Source: a virus (Duplodnaviria > Caudoviricetes). From it: DNA of 55,484 nt. The number at the start of each line of letters is the position of its first letter. Position 1 is the first letter of the stretch. Below are positions 1-13,100 of the stretch, in pieces. The notes under the pieces are model-generated. The model was not told where the DNA came from. It ran no database searches and worked only from the letters and a program-made list of their open reading frames with translations. Position numbers and translations under genes: made by a program. The stretch is from the IMG/VR virus record IMGVR_UViG_3300050331_000110, positions 1 through 55,484 of that record; one strand, 5' to 3'.

Positions 1-981
1 ATGGCCAGCATCAAACAGCACAACGGAAAGTGGCGGGTGTTCATTTTCAAGAATGGGGTGCGAAAGACCAAGGTGTTCGATGTCAAGGCGAAGGCGCAAG
101 CCTGGGCAGCCCAAACCGAGGCCGACATAATAGCAGGGAAACGCGGCGACGTTCCGAACAAAACCTTCGGCCAGCTTCTTGAAAAGTATCGTGACGAGGT
201 TTCGCCAACAAAGAAGGGTGAGAGGTGGGAGCGCCTGCGCCTAAACCTGATTCTGCGCGATGAAATAGCCAAGGTGAAGCTGCCCAACCTCAGCCAACCT
301 GATTTTGCCGCATGGCGCGATAGGCGGCTCGAGTCGGTGACTTCGGCCAGCGTGCGCAGGGAATGGGTACTGCTATCGTCTGCCTGCTCCATAGCCGTCA
401 AGGAATGGCACTGGCTAAAAGAACACCCGATGCACGGCGTAAAGATGCCTTCGCACGGCAAGGCGCGGGACAGGATAGCCACGCAGGACGAAATAGAGCG
501 CCTATCGGTGGCTCTCGGATACAGCAGGAAGGAGCCTCCAAGATCGGTAGGGGCGAGAGTCGGGGCGGCCATGCTATTCGCCATCGAATCAGCCATGCGC
601 GCCGGGGAAATCGCCGCGCTAGACTGGCGGAACGTGCATATTCAACGGAGATTCCTGCATGTGGAAAGCGGCAAGACGGACGCCGCCAGCCGGGACGTGC
701 CGCTATCGGAAGAGGCTATCCGGCTACTGCGGCAGATGGGAACCGAAAGCCTGGTATTCAACCTGTCCACCACGCAGATCGACGCCAATTTCCGCAAGGC
801 CAAGAAAATGGCGATGATCGACGGGCTGACATTCCACGACTTGCGCCATACCGCTATCACTCGGCTGGCCAAGAAGCTGGACGTGCTGGCACTGGCGCGC
901 ATGGTCGGGCATCGTGACCTGAAAATGCTCATGGTTTATTACAACGAGAGCGCCGAGGATATGGCCGGGCGGCTGGATTAA
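1..981 (+). CDS. int: Phage tyrosine integrase
   Basis: Catalytic motifs R (AMRAGE), HDLRH, GH and Y (MVYY); 326 aa. Confidence 0.96.
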   Translation: MASIKQHNGKWRVFIFKNGVRKTKVFDVKAKAQAWAAQTEADIIAGKRGDVPNKTFGQLLEKYRDEVSPTKKGERWERLRLNLILRDEIAKVKLPNLSQPDFAAWRDRRLESVTSASVRREWVLLSSACSIAVKEWHWLKEHPMHGVKMPSHGKARDRIATQDEIERLSVALGYSRKEPPRSVGARVGAAMLFAIESAMRAGEIAALDWRNVHIQRRFLHVESGKTDAASRDVPLSEEAIRLLRQMGTESLVFNLSTTQIDANFRKAKKMAMIDGLTFHDLRHTAITRLAKKLDVLALARMVGHRDLKMLMVYYNESAEDMAGRLD

Positions 982-1043
982 CTGCTACAGCGGTACATTA
1001 ACAACCCCATTGCCAATGCCTAAAGAATAGTGATAATGCGCAA

Positions 1044-1199
1044 ATGTACCTAACCCTCGTCATCCTTGCCATCCTGTTCTTCGCCTTCCTGGCTTACGCT
1101 CCAGAGGTGGCACTTCAGACGCTATTGGCCGGCGTGTGGCTACTGATGATTGTCGCCGGGGTTGGCAGCATTGCGTGGGAAATCGTCAAAAGGCTCTAG
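1044..1199 (+). CDS. 51-aa two-TM membrane protein (moron, possible superinfection exclusion)
   Basis: Read manually: MYLTLVILAILFFAFLAYAPEVALQTLLAGVWLLMIVAGVGSIAWEIVKRL; upstream TTGCCA(1010)-16-GATAAT(1032); overlaps the 3' end of the giant gene. Confidence 0.6.
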   Translation: MYLTLVILAILFFAFLAYAPEVALQTLLAGVWLLMIVAGVGSIAWEIVKRL

Positions 1200-4100
1200 C
1201 CTCAAACTGGTCCACCGCCTCGTTGAACTTCAGCATCTCCGCCGTGATCCTGTCTTCTATGCGCTTGATGCTTTCCCTTGTTGCATCCTTGGCAATCATT
1301 TCGCGCTTCTGCCGGCGCAGCTTTTGAACCACCCTGTCGGCATGCTCGGCACGAACGATAAGGCGATACTTGGGATTGTCGCGCTTGAACTCGTCGGTCG
1401 GGACCCCATCATCGCGCCGCCCCTTTAGCTCGGTGGCCAACAGGTTGATCTCCTTCAGGTTGCCGTAGAACTTGTTGCCCTGGCTGGACTGGTTTTCGGT
1501 ATTCCCATAGAACCGGCCGAACAGAGGGATCTTGTGCGTAGGCAAATCCTCCCCTGTGACCATGGCGCCACCGGTCTGTGCAGCCTTAGACAGTTCACGC
1601 CCAACGCCACCAGTAACCTGCCCGATCAGGTAGTCAATCTGATCCGCGGTCGGGCTGAATGCGCCCGGAGTGTAGTCTGTGCCACCAGTCGCCCAATTCA
1701 CCCCTTCGGCCATGAACTTCGCCCAAGCGCTTGCCGTGTCCTTGTTGCGCTCAAAGCCTGGGGTCGGCTTCATTGAATTGAAGTCATCCTTGTAAATCGG
1801 CTTTCCGGTCCAGTCGCGGTTTTCTGCCAGCGCTGCGAACGGGTCAATGGCGGTCGGTGCGATGGTCTGCATCGACAAGCCGGCACTTCCGATGGGGTTG
1901 AAGGCTTCGGCGAATACCGCAATCAGGCGAACCACATGCTCGGCCGGATTCTTGAATCCGCCCAGCGCAAACTCGGCCGGGATGCGCCCAAGGTTGGTTA
2001 TGGCGTGATAACCAAGTGGCATCGGGATGGAAATGTACCGCTTTCCGCCTATCGGGAAAATCAGGTTGCGCTCGCGCATGAATTCAGGCGGCTCGTCATC
2101 ATCGAACCCGGCCGCGGCCAGAGCCAAGGCCTGCGTGACTCCCAGCAACACCCCCCCACCAACAATAGCCTTGCCCATCTTGCTCAAGCGCAGCGTCTTG
2201 ATGTCGCCGCCCTTCATGTCAAACACTGTATGTCCGATGCGCGAGGTTCCCTGCATCGCAGCATTAAAGAAGGCGTACAGCGCCCCGGCCTGCTGCCCAG
2301 CCTGCCCCTTGCGGTTGAAGTTGACGGTGGTGTTCTTCGCCAGGCTGGCCGCCTGCTGCTTGGTGAGACCGTTGTCGATGGCGGTCTTGTAAATGGCCAG
2401 GCGCGTGGAACCTTCCATCATCAGGTTGTAATCAGACAGCCAGTCGAAAATAGGGGTCGCCAAGTCCTGCGCCACGGTCAGCGGCACCTTGAGCGTTCCA
2501 TCTGCCGTAAACACCTTGCCCCACTTGCTGTTCACCCACCCATGCGGATCAAGCTCATGCTCGATTGCCTTGGCGCGATCTGCGCTGTTGCGGTACAGGT
2601 CGCGGTAGCCTGTCATGCCACCCTCGTCCTGCAGCTCTTCCCATAACTGCGCCCATCTCGAGGTTGCCGGATGCCCCTTGCGCTCGGCGCGCGCATCCAG
2701 ATAGATACCCTTTGCGGCAGACAGGATATACCCCATCACCTCGGCCTTGTGTTTGGCCAGTGGGGTCGAGGTCAGATTCAGTGCCGCGCCCTGCACGTCG
2801 CGCACCAGGTTGGTAAAGCCGAAAATCGGGTTATATTGCGTATTGATCGAGGCAAAGTATCGCGTGATCTTGGCTGATACGCCCAGCACGCCGCCCAGCT
2901 CAGTAGCGTCCAGGTTCTTCATCGACTGAGCCATGCGCATTGCGCGCTCGTCGTGCTCGTTGAAAATCACCGCCCGTTCGTGAACCTGCCCGTTGCCGTC
3001 CTTGATCTTGGCGATTACCACGTTATCGCGGCTCTTGAAGGTCGGATCGATACGCTCTTCCACCAGCCCGGTCGTCTCATTCAGCACGCGCTCGGTAGGC
3101 ACCTTGCCGAACGTCCAGAAGTCAGGGTTCGGGTTGAGCTTCGCCAGCCCGGCTAGCGCCACGGCAACGCGGTTCTTTTCGCCGCGGACAATCGCCTTCT
3201 CGCGCTGCATGGCGATATTGGCGAAGATGTCCACCACGGCAGCCGTAGAACCGGTGCGATGCTTCACTTCCTTACCCTTAATCGAGAACCCCTGCCCGAT
3301 GCCCATGCTGCCATCGTGATCCTCGCGCATCAGCGGGACGTAGTGCTTGAACATCTGCGCCCAGCTATCGGCCTGGTCCTTGGAAACCAGCCCGTAGGAA
3401 ACGTACAGGTCGCGCGTCTTGGCGATGATGGAATCCACCTTCGCCGCGGTCGCGTCCAGCCGCTTGAGCTTGTCCGCCGGCAGCTTGGCGAAATAATCGT
3501 CCGCCTCCTGGTTGGTCATTCCAGAGCCGCCGTCCTGCATATTCGGGTCGCGCTGCGCGATCAGCGCATTGGCTTCCTTTGCATGGCGTGCGTGCAGGTA
3601 TTCGTCAAGTTCGTCCATGGTCAGGCCGCGCGCCTGCATCTCCACCAGCAGCGGCTTGAGTTCGGTGTTGACGAAATCCTGAGTGCGCTTTGCCGCCCGT
3701 CCGTGGAATAGCTCTTCCTGCAGGTAGGCGTTGTATTTTTCCGCCAGTTGCGCACCGGTACTGCGCACCGCCTCGACCACCCGCTTCAGGTCGATGTTCT
3801 TGTCCTGCAGCTTGTAAACCAGATCATCGAACATCGAAGGCTCTGGAGAGTCCCATGAGGCGCTGCTTCCTGCCTGACCGCCTTGAAGCGGGATACTTCT
3901 CTGCCGTGGAGGACGGATACCGGGATAGGAAAGGCCGATGTCGCCTGTTGCCGATGGCGCAACAGACGCCAGCGGAGAGTCTAGTGCTTCAGAATCCGCA
4001 GGCTTGGATTGAGCTTTTGAAAGTATGCGACGGCTTCGTTCTGCGCTTGCTGAAGCTGCCCTAGTTCGGAGTTCGTCAGTCGTTCGGAAACCAATGAGGT

Positions 4101-7100
4101 ATTGGGCTTCGTCACTGGTGAGCGCGCTTGGCTCAACGCCGAAGAGTTCTCTGATTGCTTGTCCATGACGCACCTCCAAACTGCGAACGATTTTCGCATC
4201 AGGTGTAATGTTACCAGAACGGCTGGCGTTTGTCAGCAGCACCGCGCCAGATACAACACCGCCTTGCGACTGGATGTAGCTCGCCAGGTCGGCCAGCGTA
4301 CCGCCCATCGTGGAAACATCATCGACCAGGACATACTTCTGCCCGGCCACCACTTTCCCTCCAAACTCGGAACGCGCGATCAGGCGCTCCATTGCGTCAG
4401 CTCCGGTGTGGTAGGCCTTGTTCGTCTGTAATATACCGGTTGCCAGCATACCGCCGGCCTGCTCTACATAATGCCGTGCCAGCGCATTCGGTATCTGATT
4501 CTTACCGGACGCCTCCAGTGCCATCACCGGAAGATAGGCCACATCGTCGCCGAACTTTGCACGCGCCGCCTCGATGCTCTCCGGCTTGACAAGATCGGAC
4601 ACAAGCCGCACCGCCGCGCCGATGTCGCCGCCCTTGGCCGCCTTGTAGTCGGCATGGCGTTTCAGCGTTACATCGTTACGGAAGTCGGACATCACTTCGC
4701 CTGTGAATGCGTTGCTGCGCGACGAAGCATTGTCGTTCTGAGTGCGCGATGCCATTACCGCTCCACCCGTATCTTGCACGCCTTCCTGTTCTGATTCTGA
4801 CACCGCGCGTATCTGCTCGCGGAGCATGGCGACTACATCTGCATCGCTCACACCTTCCGACTGCTTGCCTAGCATCCTGGCGACGAAGGCGCGCACCGCA
4901 TCGGCCACCCGCTTGAGCATGCCAAGCAGGTTGTTGCGCATGACTACCGGCACCTTCACACCGTAACGGCTCAGAATCGCGTCATGGTCTCCGGTCACAT
5001 AGGCGGCCGTCAGTTCGGCAATGGCTTCGTCCAGGTGGGTCTTTTCGCTGTATGTCTGGCCACGGTCGGCGGCAATGGCCTTGGCGAGCTTGCGCACAAA
5101 GCCGTTCTTTCCGGCATGATCCAGCGCCGCAGCTATGCCGCGATCCAGCATGCGGATCCCGCCATGCCCGGCCACTTCATGCACCGCCACCCATACCGCG
5201 CGTTCTGGCGTGGCGATGTTGCCCGCGATCAGATAGACGGTTTTGGTCAGCGGGTCATAGATACCCTCGGTGCCTTGGTCTATCGGCTTGGCCGCACGAA
5301 GCGCGCGCAGGTACAGCTCGGTCGGTATTTCCTTGACTGACCGCACAACCTTGACGTTCTTGAACCCTGCCCAGCTTGCGCGCAGTCTGGCGGTGGCTTG
5401 GGTGACGGACTCGACGGTTTGACCTGCATTTTGTGCCGATACGCTCTGCATCACCTCGCCGGAGTCTGACAGTTCGCGCGCCCGCTCCAGCAAGTCGGCA
5501 TTACCCTTGGTCAGCATCTCGACCTGCAAAGCCTTGGCCGGCCTGTAGCGCGCAGCAAAGTCATCGTCCGCCCGATCCAATCCGCTCAGATTATGGATGA
5601 TGTCGGCCAGCTTGATGGTCTGCGCTTCAGCACTTATTTTAGAACTGCGCTCTCGCTTGGCCGCCTCGCGCTCTTCGCGGGTGCCAGCAGTCTTTTCGTC
5701 AGTCAGTTCGGCTACAAGGTCGGCCACCTTATCACCCAGCTCGCGGCGCACGTCCTCGATGGTCGCCTTGGTATCCTCAACCGTGTCATGCACCCATGCG
5801 GCGGCCAGCATTTCCTCAGTGTGCGGAACGGTTTTCAGCACCTCAACCACCCCGGCCGGATGCGTAATGTACGGCTCGTTGGTGAACTTGCGGCGCTGGT
5901 CTATCTCGCCGTGATGCCGGTCGGCGAATGCCTTGGCCTTCTGCACCAGCTCGGAGTCAGACTTATCCTGGCCATCCCTGACCATTTCGGCCTCGAGTGC
6001 CGCTGCTTCCTTGGTCTTGTCTGCCAGTTCCTGCGCAAACTGGAACGGCGCATCCATCCTGCCTTCAAGTGAGCCGCGCTTGGACTTGGCATCGGCTATT
6101 GATTGGCGCATCTCGTCAGGCTTGCGCGCAATGGCGGTCAGTGCGTTGGTCGCGCGGATCGTCATGCCAACCGGATCTTCTATCGGGTCGCGCGCCAGGA
6201 TAACGCCATCCTCGCCCACCTTCATTTCCAGCCTTGCGTAATAGCCCAACACCTTGCCGTCATTGTTGCGGTCGATATTTCCGATGATCTCCACCGGGAA
6301 GCCGGACAACTCGCCGGCCACCTCGCGCCCCTCTTTGCTGGAATCGGTGTATTGCTTCAGCTTGGCCAGCAGCGCCTCGCCCCATTCCTTCCTCTTATCG
6401 AACACCTGCTTGCCAGCCTTTGCGGTGAACCGGTCTCCGCTCAAGTCCTGCACCTTGGCGGCCAGCTTCTCTGCTTCTGGAAGCCTGCGCTCCGAAACAT
6501 CGATGGTATTTCCGGCGAGCATGTAGGATTCCTTCATGCGCATCCGGTTGTCTTCGTGCGCCCGATAGAGCCGCTGATACTTCTCGATGTCCGCCTTGAG
6601 TCCGGCCAGTTGTACCGCCCTAGGATCTCCGGCCGTCATGGCCGTGGCCATCTCGAACTGGCTCACCTCGGAAATGTCGTCCAGCGTGCGCACCGACGAG
6701 TCTCCGGAGAGCGCCTGATCGATGAATCGCTGCTTGCTGGCCAGCATCTGCCACATCACCGTGTCGTAGCTGTCCTTTGTCGAATAGGCGAAAACCCTAA
6801 CTCGGCGGTTCTTATTCCCTTGACGGATGATGCGCCCCTCGCGCTGCTCGAGGTCGGACGGATACCATGGCGTGTCCAGGTGGTGCAAAGCGCGCAGGCG
6901 CTGCTGTGCGTTGACGCCAGTACCCATGTTCTTGCTGCTGCCTGTCAGGATGCGCACGCGCCCGGCGTTGAAATCCTTGAACAGCTTTTGCTTGGCGTCC
7001 GACTTCTTGTAGTCCGACATGAAGGCCACTTTGCTCAACGGGATGCCGGCACCCTGCAGGCGCTTCTCGAACCATGCGCGCGCATTGAACCCGCGATGTT

Positions 7101-10100
7101 CCGCCACCCCGGCACCAAAGCCAAGGTCTGAGAACACCATCTGCGTGGCACCCTTGGCCTCTTCCACCTTGCCGGTTTTTTTGTCGGTGTACTCGAAATC
7201 GGCGTATTTCTTGTATGACCTGATAACGCCATCGATCATCTGGTTCAGCTTGGAATTCGGGTCGGAAGGCAGCGACGGGTCGATGAAGCGCATGTCGATG
7301 GCCGCCAGCCTGCCATCACCGATGATCTTGATGATCGGATCGGGGTTATTCGGCTCATCCCTCGATGGCTTCCAGTCGCGCGACTTTTTGAGCCGGCTCG
7401 CCAGCACTTCCTTGTACGCGCGGTAATCCTCGACTGCTGGGGTGACGACCAGCCGGCGGTTGCCTTCCTTGAGCTTTGGCCGCTTGTCTCCAAGCATTTC
7501 CGCCAGATGGTCTGAGGTCAGGACATCGGCGAACTCGCGGAACATCTGCGTCAGTTCTGGCACGTTCACGAACTTCGAGAAGCGCGTTACCGGTGAATAC
7601 TTGCCGGAAGCATCGGCCTCGATGGCGGTATGCTCTTCGCCAAACATGGATGCCCAGGCATCGAACTCCTGCAAGCCGCGCTCTTCCAGCACCTGCGGAG
7701 CCATGAACCGCTGCACGGTATAAAGTTCGGCTATCGTGTTGGTGATCGGCGTGCCGGATGCCATGACCAGAGACCGGCCCGGCTTCTTCTGTTCCAGCCA
7801 GCGGGTTTTCATCCACAGGTCGAAGGCGCGCTCCGAACCAGTGGAGCTGATGCCCTTGACCTGCCTTGTCGTGGTGAACGCCAACTTGCGGAATTCGTGC
7901 GCCTCATCGACGTACAGCATGTCCACGCCCATTTCGTCAAAGCGCACGTTCTTGTCCTTGCCTTCGCCGGACATGGCGGCCTTGAGCTTTTCTTCCAGTT
8001 TTTCGATGCGGTTCTGGATGTCGCGCACGCGAGGGCTGCGGCTCTTCTTGGCATCGTCCACGCCTTCATCGTCCAGCATTTCCTCCATGGCCGCTTCCAT
8101 CTGGTCGAGCTGCTCTTGGATCATCTTCTGCTTGAACTCAGGGTCCAGGTCGAGCAGCTTGAATGCGGAATGCGTGATGATGACGCCATCCAGGTCGGAC
8201 ATGGCGGCGCGCGTCACGAAGCGGCGGCGGTTCTCGGTATGGAACTGCTTTTCGTCGGCAACCATCAGGCGCGCTGCCGGGTAGAGTTGCAGCCATTCCT
8301 GCGCAAACTGCTGCAGCATGTGGTTTGGAACAACCATCATTGGCTTGTTAATCAGGCCGAGGCGCTTCTGTTCCATGGCCGAAATAACCATTTGCCAGGT
8401 CTTGCCGCTCCCGACCGCGTGGGCCAGATAGGTATTGCCGGTCTGAATGACGCGCCACGCGCCGCGCTTCACATGGTCGAATACCGGGATGGTCGAGGTC
8501 GTGCCGGGCAAGGTCAGGTGCCGGCCGTCAAACTTGCGAGCGACGATGGTATTGAATTTGTCGTTATACAGCGCAACCAGCTTGTCGGTGCGCGCGCTGT
8601 CCTGCCACATCCAATCCTTGAAGGCTTGGCGCATTTCCTTGAGCTTCTGGTTTGCCGCCTCGGTGGCGTTGGCATCGAACACAGTCTTCTTGTCGGACCC
8701 GCTGCCTTCCGTCCTGGTAACGCGGATCGGCCTGCCGGTCAGCCCGGCTTCCAGAATGTCGGCGGCGTTGCGCTGCGGCGTACCCCAATCCGAGGTTGCC
8801 TGCACGGTGCTATACCCGGAAATGGCATCGACGCGCCACTGGCCGGTATGCTCGTTGTAATCCACCGTCGCCTTGACTCCCGTCTTTTCCCGCAGGAATT
8901 GCGCATATACCTCGCTGGGGATCCAGTTCATGCCCAGCGCCGCGGTAATGTCTGCCGGGGATACCGGAGCCGGCTGCGCCGCGATCAGCGCCTCCACGTT
9001 GCGCTCGAAGCGTTTGTCGGCCTTGGCGGCTTCCTTGGCTTCCTTGAGCTTCTTCTTCACGTTGCCGGACAGGTATTCGTCCTGCATCTGCCAGCCTTGC
9101 GATGGAGATTCGTAGATTGACGAGCCAAGCGCCTCGATCACTTCGCGCTCATTCAGCCCGATACGCTCTGCAATCAGCGGCAGGTTGACTGTGCCGGTGT
9201 CATTCAGGACAGACAAGAGCGCATCGTGCGGCGTGCTGATGTTGGCAACCTTGCGCATTTCCAGCACGCGCTTGTGCAGGAACTCGCCCTCCTTGATCTC
9301 GCCGGTTTCCTCGTTGAGCGATTCCAGCGCGTACAGCTTGGAATACTCCGGATCATCCATGAGCTTATTGAGCAGGTCGAAGCGGCGCGACGGCGTGACA
9401 ACCTCGACCTTTTCCCCGGTATCCTCGTCTATTTCCGTAGTGGTGCGCTCGACAACGGTGTTTTGCAGGATGTTCCCATGCTTCTTGACGAAAGACTGGT
9501 ATTCATTCCGCAGAGCTTTAAGAGAAGCCTCCCAATCCCCATCGTTCAGCTGGTCGTATTGCGCCTGATTCACCGCATCGCGCAGCTTCACGAAGTCCTT
9601 GACCATGGGGATGCTCTTGAGAGCTATGTTTGCCGGAACGCCTACGCGCCCCTCTATCTGCATCAGCCGGCCATCATCGGCAACGTAATAGTTACCCTCC
9701 TTCTTGGCCTTCGGATTCCAGTCGATCTCCCGTACCTGGGCGGCCTGTGCGGAGCTTCCCGCTTCCGGCCGGTAGGCATCCTTGGGCAGCTTGTCGATGG
9801 CGTCCGTCAGCAGCTTCTCGATAGGCACCGACTTGTTGGGCAGCACGGTGTACTGGTTCTCGGCGTACATGCCGTTCTTATCCAGAGCACCCTCGCCAAG
9901 CACCATGTCTGGATTTTTGGCGAAATACTCATTGATAAGGTGCGTGCCGCCCTTGACCTTGATCTTTTCCAGCTTCATCCAGTCGTGGCCTTCAAAGGTC
10001 TCGCCCGGAACCTTCTTGCGCAGGAACAGGATGTCCGTGACGACTTCCGTGCCGGCGTTCTTCTTGAAGGCCGTTTCCGGCAGCCGGATCGCCCCCAGCA

Positions 10101-13100
10101 GGTCGGCGCGCTCGGCAAGGTATTGCCGCGCCTTGTCGCCCTGCTTGTCCATGGTGTAGCGGCTGGTAACGAACATCACCAGGCCGCCCGGCTTTACCTT
10201 GTCCATGGTTTTGGCGAAGAAATAGTCGTGCAGCGCAAAGGCGTTTTTCTTGTAGCGCGGGTCCGACAAAACCTTGGTATCCGAGAAAGGCGGGTTTCCG
10301 ATGGCCACATCGTAGAAGTTGTCAGGCAGGGCGGTGTCGATGAACGATTCCACCAGGATGCGCTCGTCCGGCTGCAGGTGTTTCAGGATGGCACCGGTCA
10401 GCGCGTCATACTCGATGCCGGTATAGATTGAATTATTGGACACGGCGGACGGCATCAGGCCGGGGAATACCCCGTTACCGGCGCCCGGCTCAAGAATCGC
10501 GCCACCCTTGAACCCGAGGCGGTCCAGCGCGCGCCACATCTCATTGACTACTTCCTTGCCGGTGTAGTGCGCATACTGCGTGGACCGCTCGGCGGTAGCC
10601 CATTCCTCATCGGTCAACAGCCCTTTCAGGCGGTCGCGCAACTCCAGCCACTTGATCGCGTCCTTGTCCTTGAGCAAGTTTTCCAGCATGGGCTTGCTTA
10701 CTTCCTGCCCATACATGACAGGATGGCCAGCCGCATTCAGCATGGACGTGACCGTATAGTACGGGCTGGCGTAATCGTAGCGGCTCAGAGACTCCTTGCC
10801 GTTCTTTGTCAGCCATTCATGCGCGTCGTTGTAGGTATCGACCGCGCGCTTGACGCGATCAATCTGCGGGTCGAATATCTTGTTCCGGATGTCGGACGCG
10901 CCCCAGCCGATGAACCGGGCGAGCTTAGCCTGCTCTTCGCGGGTGGCCTTGCGGCCTTCTGATTCGAGATTTTTTACAATCTCGATGGCCTCGATGTTTT
11001 GCCGGGCCTTGACCAGCCAACTCCCCTTGTAATCCAGGTCGGAGTCGGTGAAGTGGTAGTTCAGTCCTGACTTGGCCGGGATGTCTCTTCCGGCGGGAAT
11101 TCCAGCTGCTCGGCCAGCACGATCTCCCTTGCTTGGTGCAGCGCGGCGTTGTAGATCGCCGTCCGCTCCATTCCCTGCACCTCGTTCATCCCCTGCTTGA
11201 CCGCTATCTGATGCGCCAGGGATGTCGTTAGCGACGATATTTCCTCCGAGCGCTCCATGATGAACGCTTCCAGATTGCCGCTCGATTGCAGTTCCGCCAT
11301 CAATTCCGGCGCCTTGTGCTTGAGTGCTTCGCGCACCAGGTTGCTCGTTTTCATGCTGCGCTCCTTGTGTGGTATTTTTGCCACTACCCGATGCTTCATT
11401 ATTGCTTATGGTTGCATTTTTTGCTATAGTGTGCTTGGAGGAACCAGAAATGAAATTACCAGATAAGTTTCCCGTAGGCACCAAGTTCTTCGAGTCGGAA
11501 GGCGGAGATGCTTTCTGCAAGATTGGCGACGACTGGTTCAGGCTGGATTGTGAGCTGGGAGATGAGCCGTCGCTTTGCCCAATGGATAACGCGCCGATCT
11601 CGTACTTATTCTCCGTGTCCGAAGAATACTTCTTGGGCGATCTTGCAAAGGCGGCAGCATAAAGCGCCTTCTGCGCGTCGTCCAATTCGGCCTTGAGCGG
11701 GTCGTCATCACGAAGCACTCTTGAGTGCTCATAAAGCTCGTGACCTAAATCTTTAGCGGCCAACATGGCGGGGATGTTAATCTGAATTTCCGCTTTCGTT
11801 CCATCCTTCAAAACCACGTTGATTAGAATGTCACGATAGCCGAGCGGATCAGGCTCTTTGAATCTGTCTTTCAGGCGCTCGCCCCTTCTATCACGGTCTA
11901 ATACAAATTTCTCGCGGATGGCTTTAATGGCAGCCTGAATATCATCAGTTGACTTGACGACAATAGTGGCGCGTAGCAGGTCGCGCATTTTTTCTGTCTC
12001 ATACCTGCGCACGCCAAACAAGTCAGGCGCAGACCTGTTTTCAATATGCAGTTTCTCAGCCGCCCGACCAATCCCTTTCACCTTCGCCAGCATTTCGCCG
12101 ATACCGACCTCATTGGCAATCTCAACAACCATCCGGTCGAACTCCGGCTTATTCTTCTCAGCCTTGGCAAGTAACGGCTTGAGTGCAGCTTCTGCAGCCG
12201 CACGGTCCTCTGCGCTGATGGTTGTATCTTTGGCCTTCGGAGCCTTGGCGATCAGGTCATGAGCGCGTTGCAGCACATCGCCAGGCACGAACTCATGCAG
12301 CGCAGGTAGCTTGAAGTTGCGGCCATCAGATTTCTTGTCCGCGTTGGTCATGCGATCCTGAACGTGACCGTCTTCGCTCTTTCTGGCTTCTGCCTCCATC
12401 CGGTCAGCGGCGGCACGCAGCAACTCGGCGGCGGACATTTCGCTTGCAGGCTTGTGCGGTGTGTTGGCGCGGATGGCTTCGGCGTATTTCCTGGATGGTT
12501 GCTCAACCAACACAGCGGCCAGTTTGTTGAAATAGACAACGGGGTACTTCGCCCCCATGTCTGAAGTAATATCTCCTGCCGCAGCTCCGATACCAGACTT
12601 GATTCCGTTGCGCTTGAGGCCGAAATGCTCGATCAGGAACGGCGAGATTTCAGGCTGACGCAGGTAGGTATGACCATCTTGAAGCTGCGGGAATGCGGCT
12701 TTCCATTCTGAGAATGTCGGGTTTTCTCCGTCCTTGATCTTATCTGCTGCAGCTTTCTGCGCCGCAACAATCTTTTCGTGCTGCGCCGCGAATCCAGATT
12801 GCGCATCCATCGTTTCGCGCAAACTCTTCGCGGCAGCACCCTTACTGTCCATCAGATTGCCAGCAAGCTCTCCGCTTTGCGCTATCCACTTGCCGCGCCC
12901 AAGCTGGCCTTTACCTTCGCTGAAAACGGTATCGGTCGGCAGGCTGTACTGCTCGATTATTGCTTGATCGCTATTTACGCTTCCTGCCTGTGCGCTTGAC
13001 GTTTTTTCCGAAGGCAGATCAAGCAGACTTGCCTGGCCATGGGCTGCGCCAACATCTGCAGGACGGTCAGAACCGGTCAGTAAGAATTCATCAGGGGATG

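Noticed and set aside
3690-4064. Plus-strand ORF with GGAGAG before the ATG near 3855
   Set aside because: Arg/Cys-rich, partly the shadow of the nested 61-aa gene, no promoter seen; cannot be supported
5593-10431. Long plus-strand ORFs antisense to the giant gene (5593-6072, 6103-7131, 7630-9120, 9226-10431)
   Set aside because: Codon-register shadows of a GC-rich gene over conserved domains; no RBS, promoter or protein-like motifs
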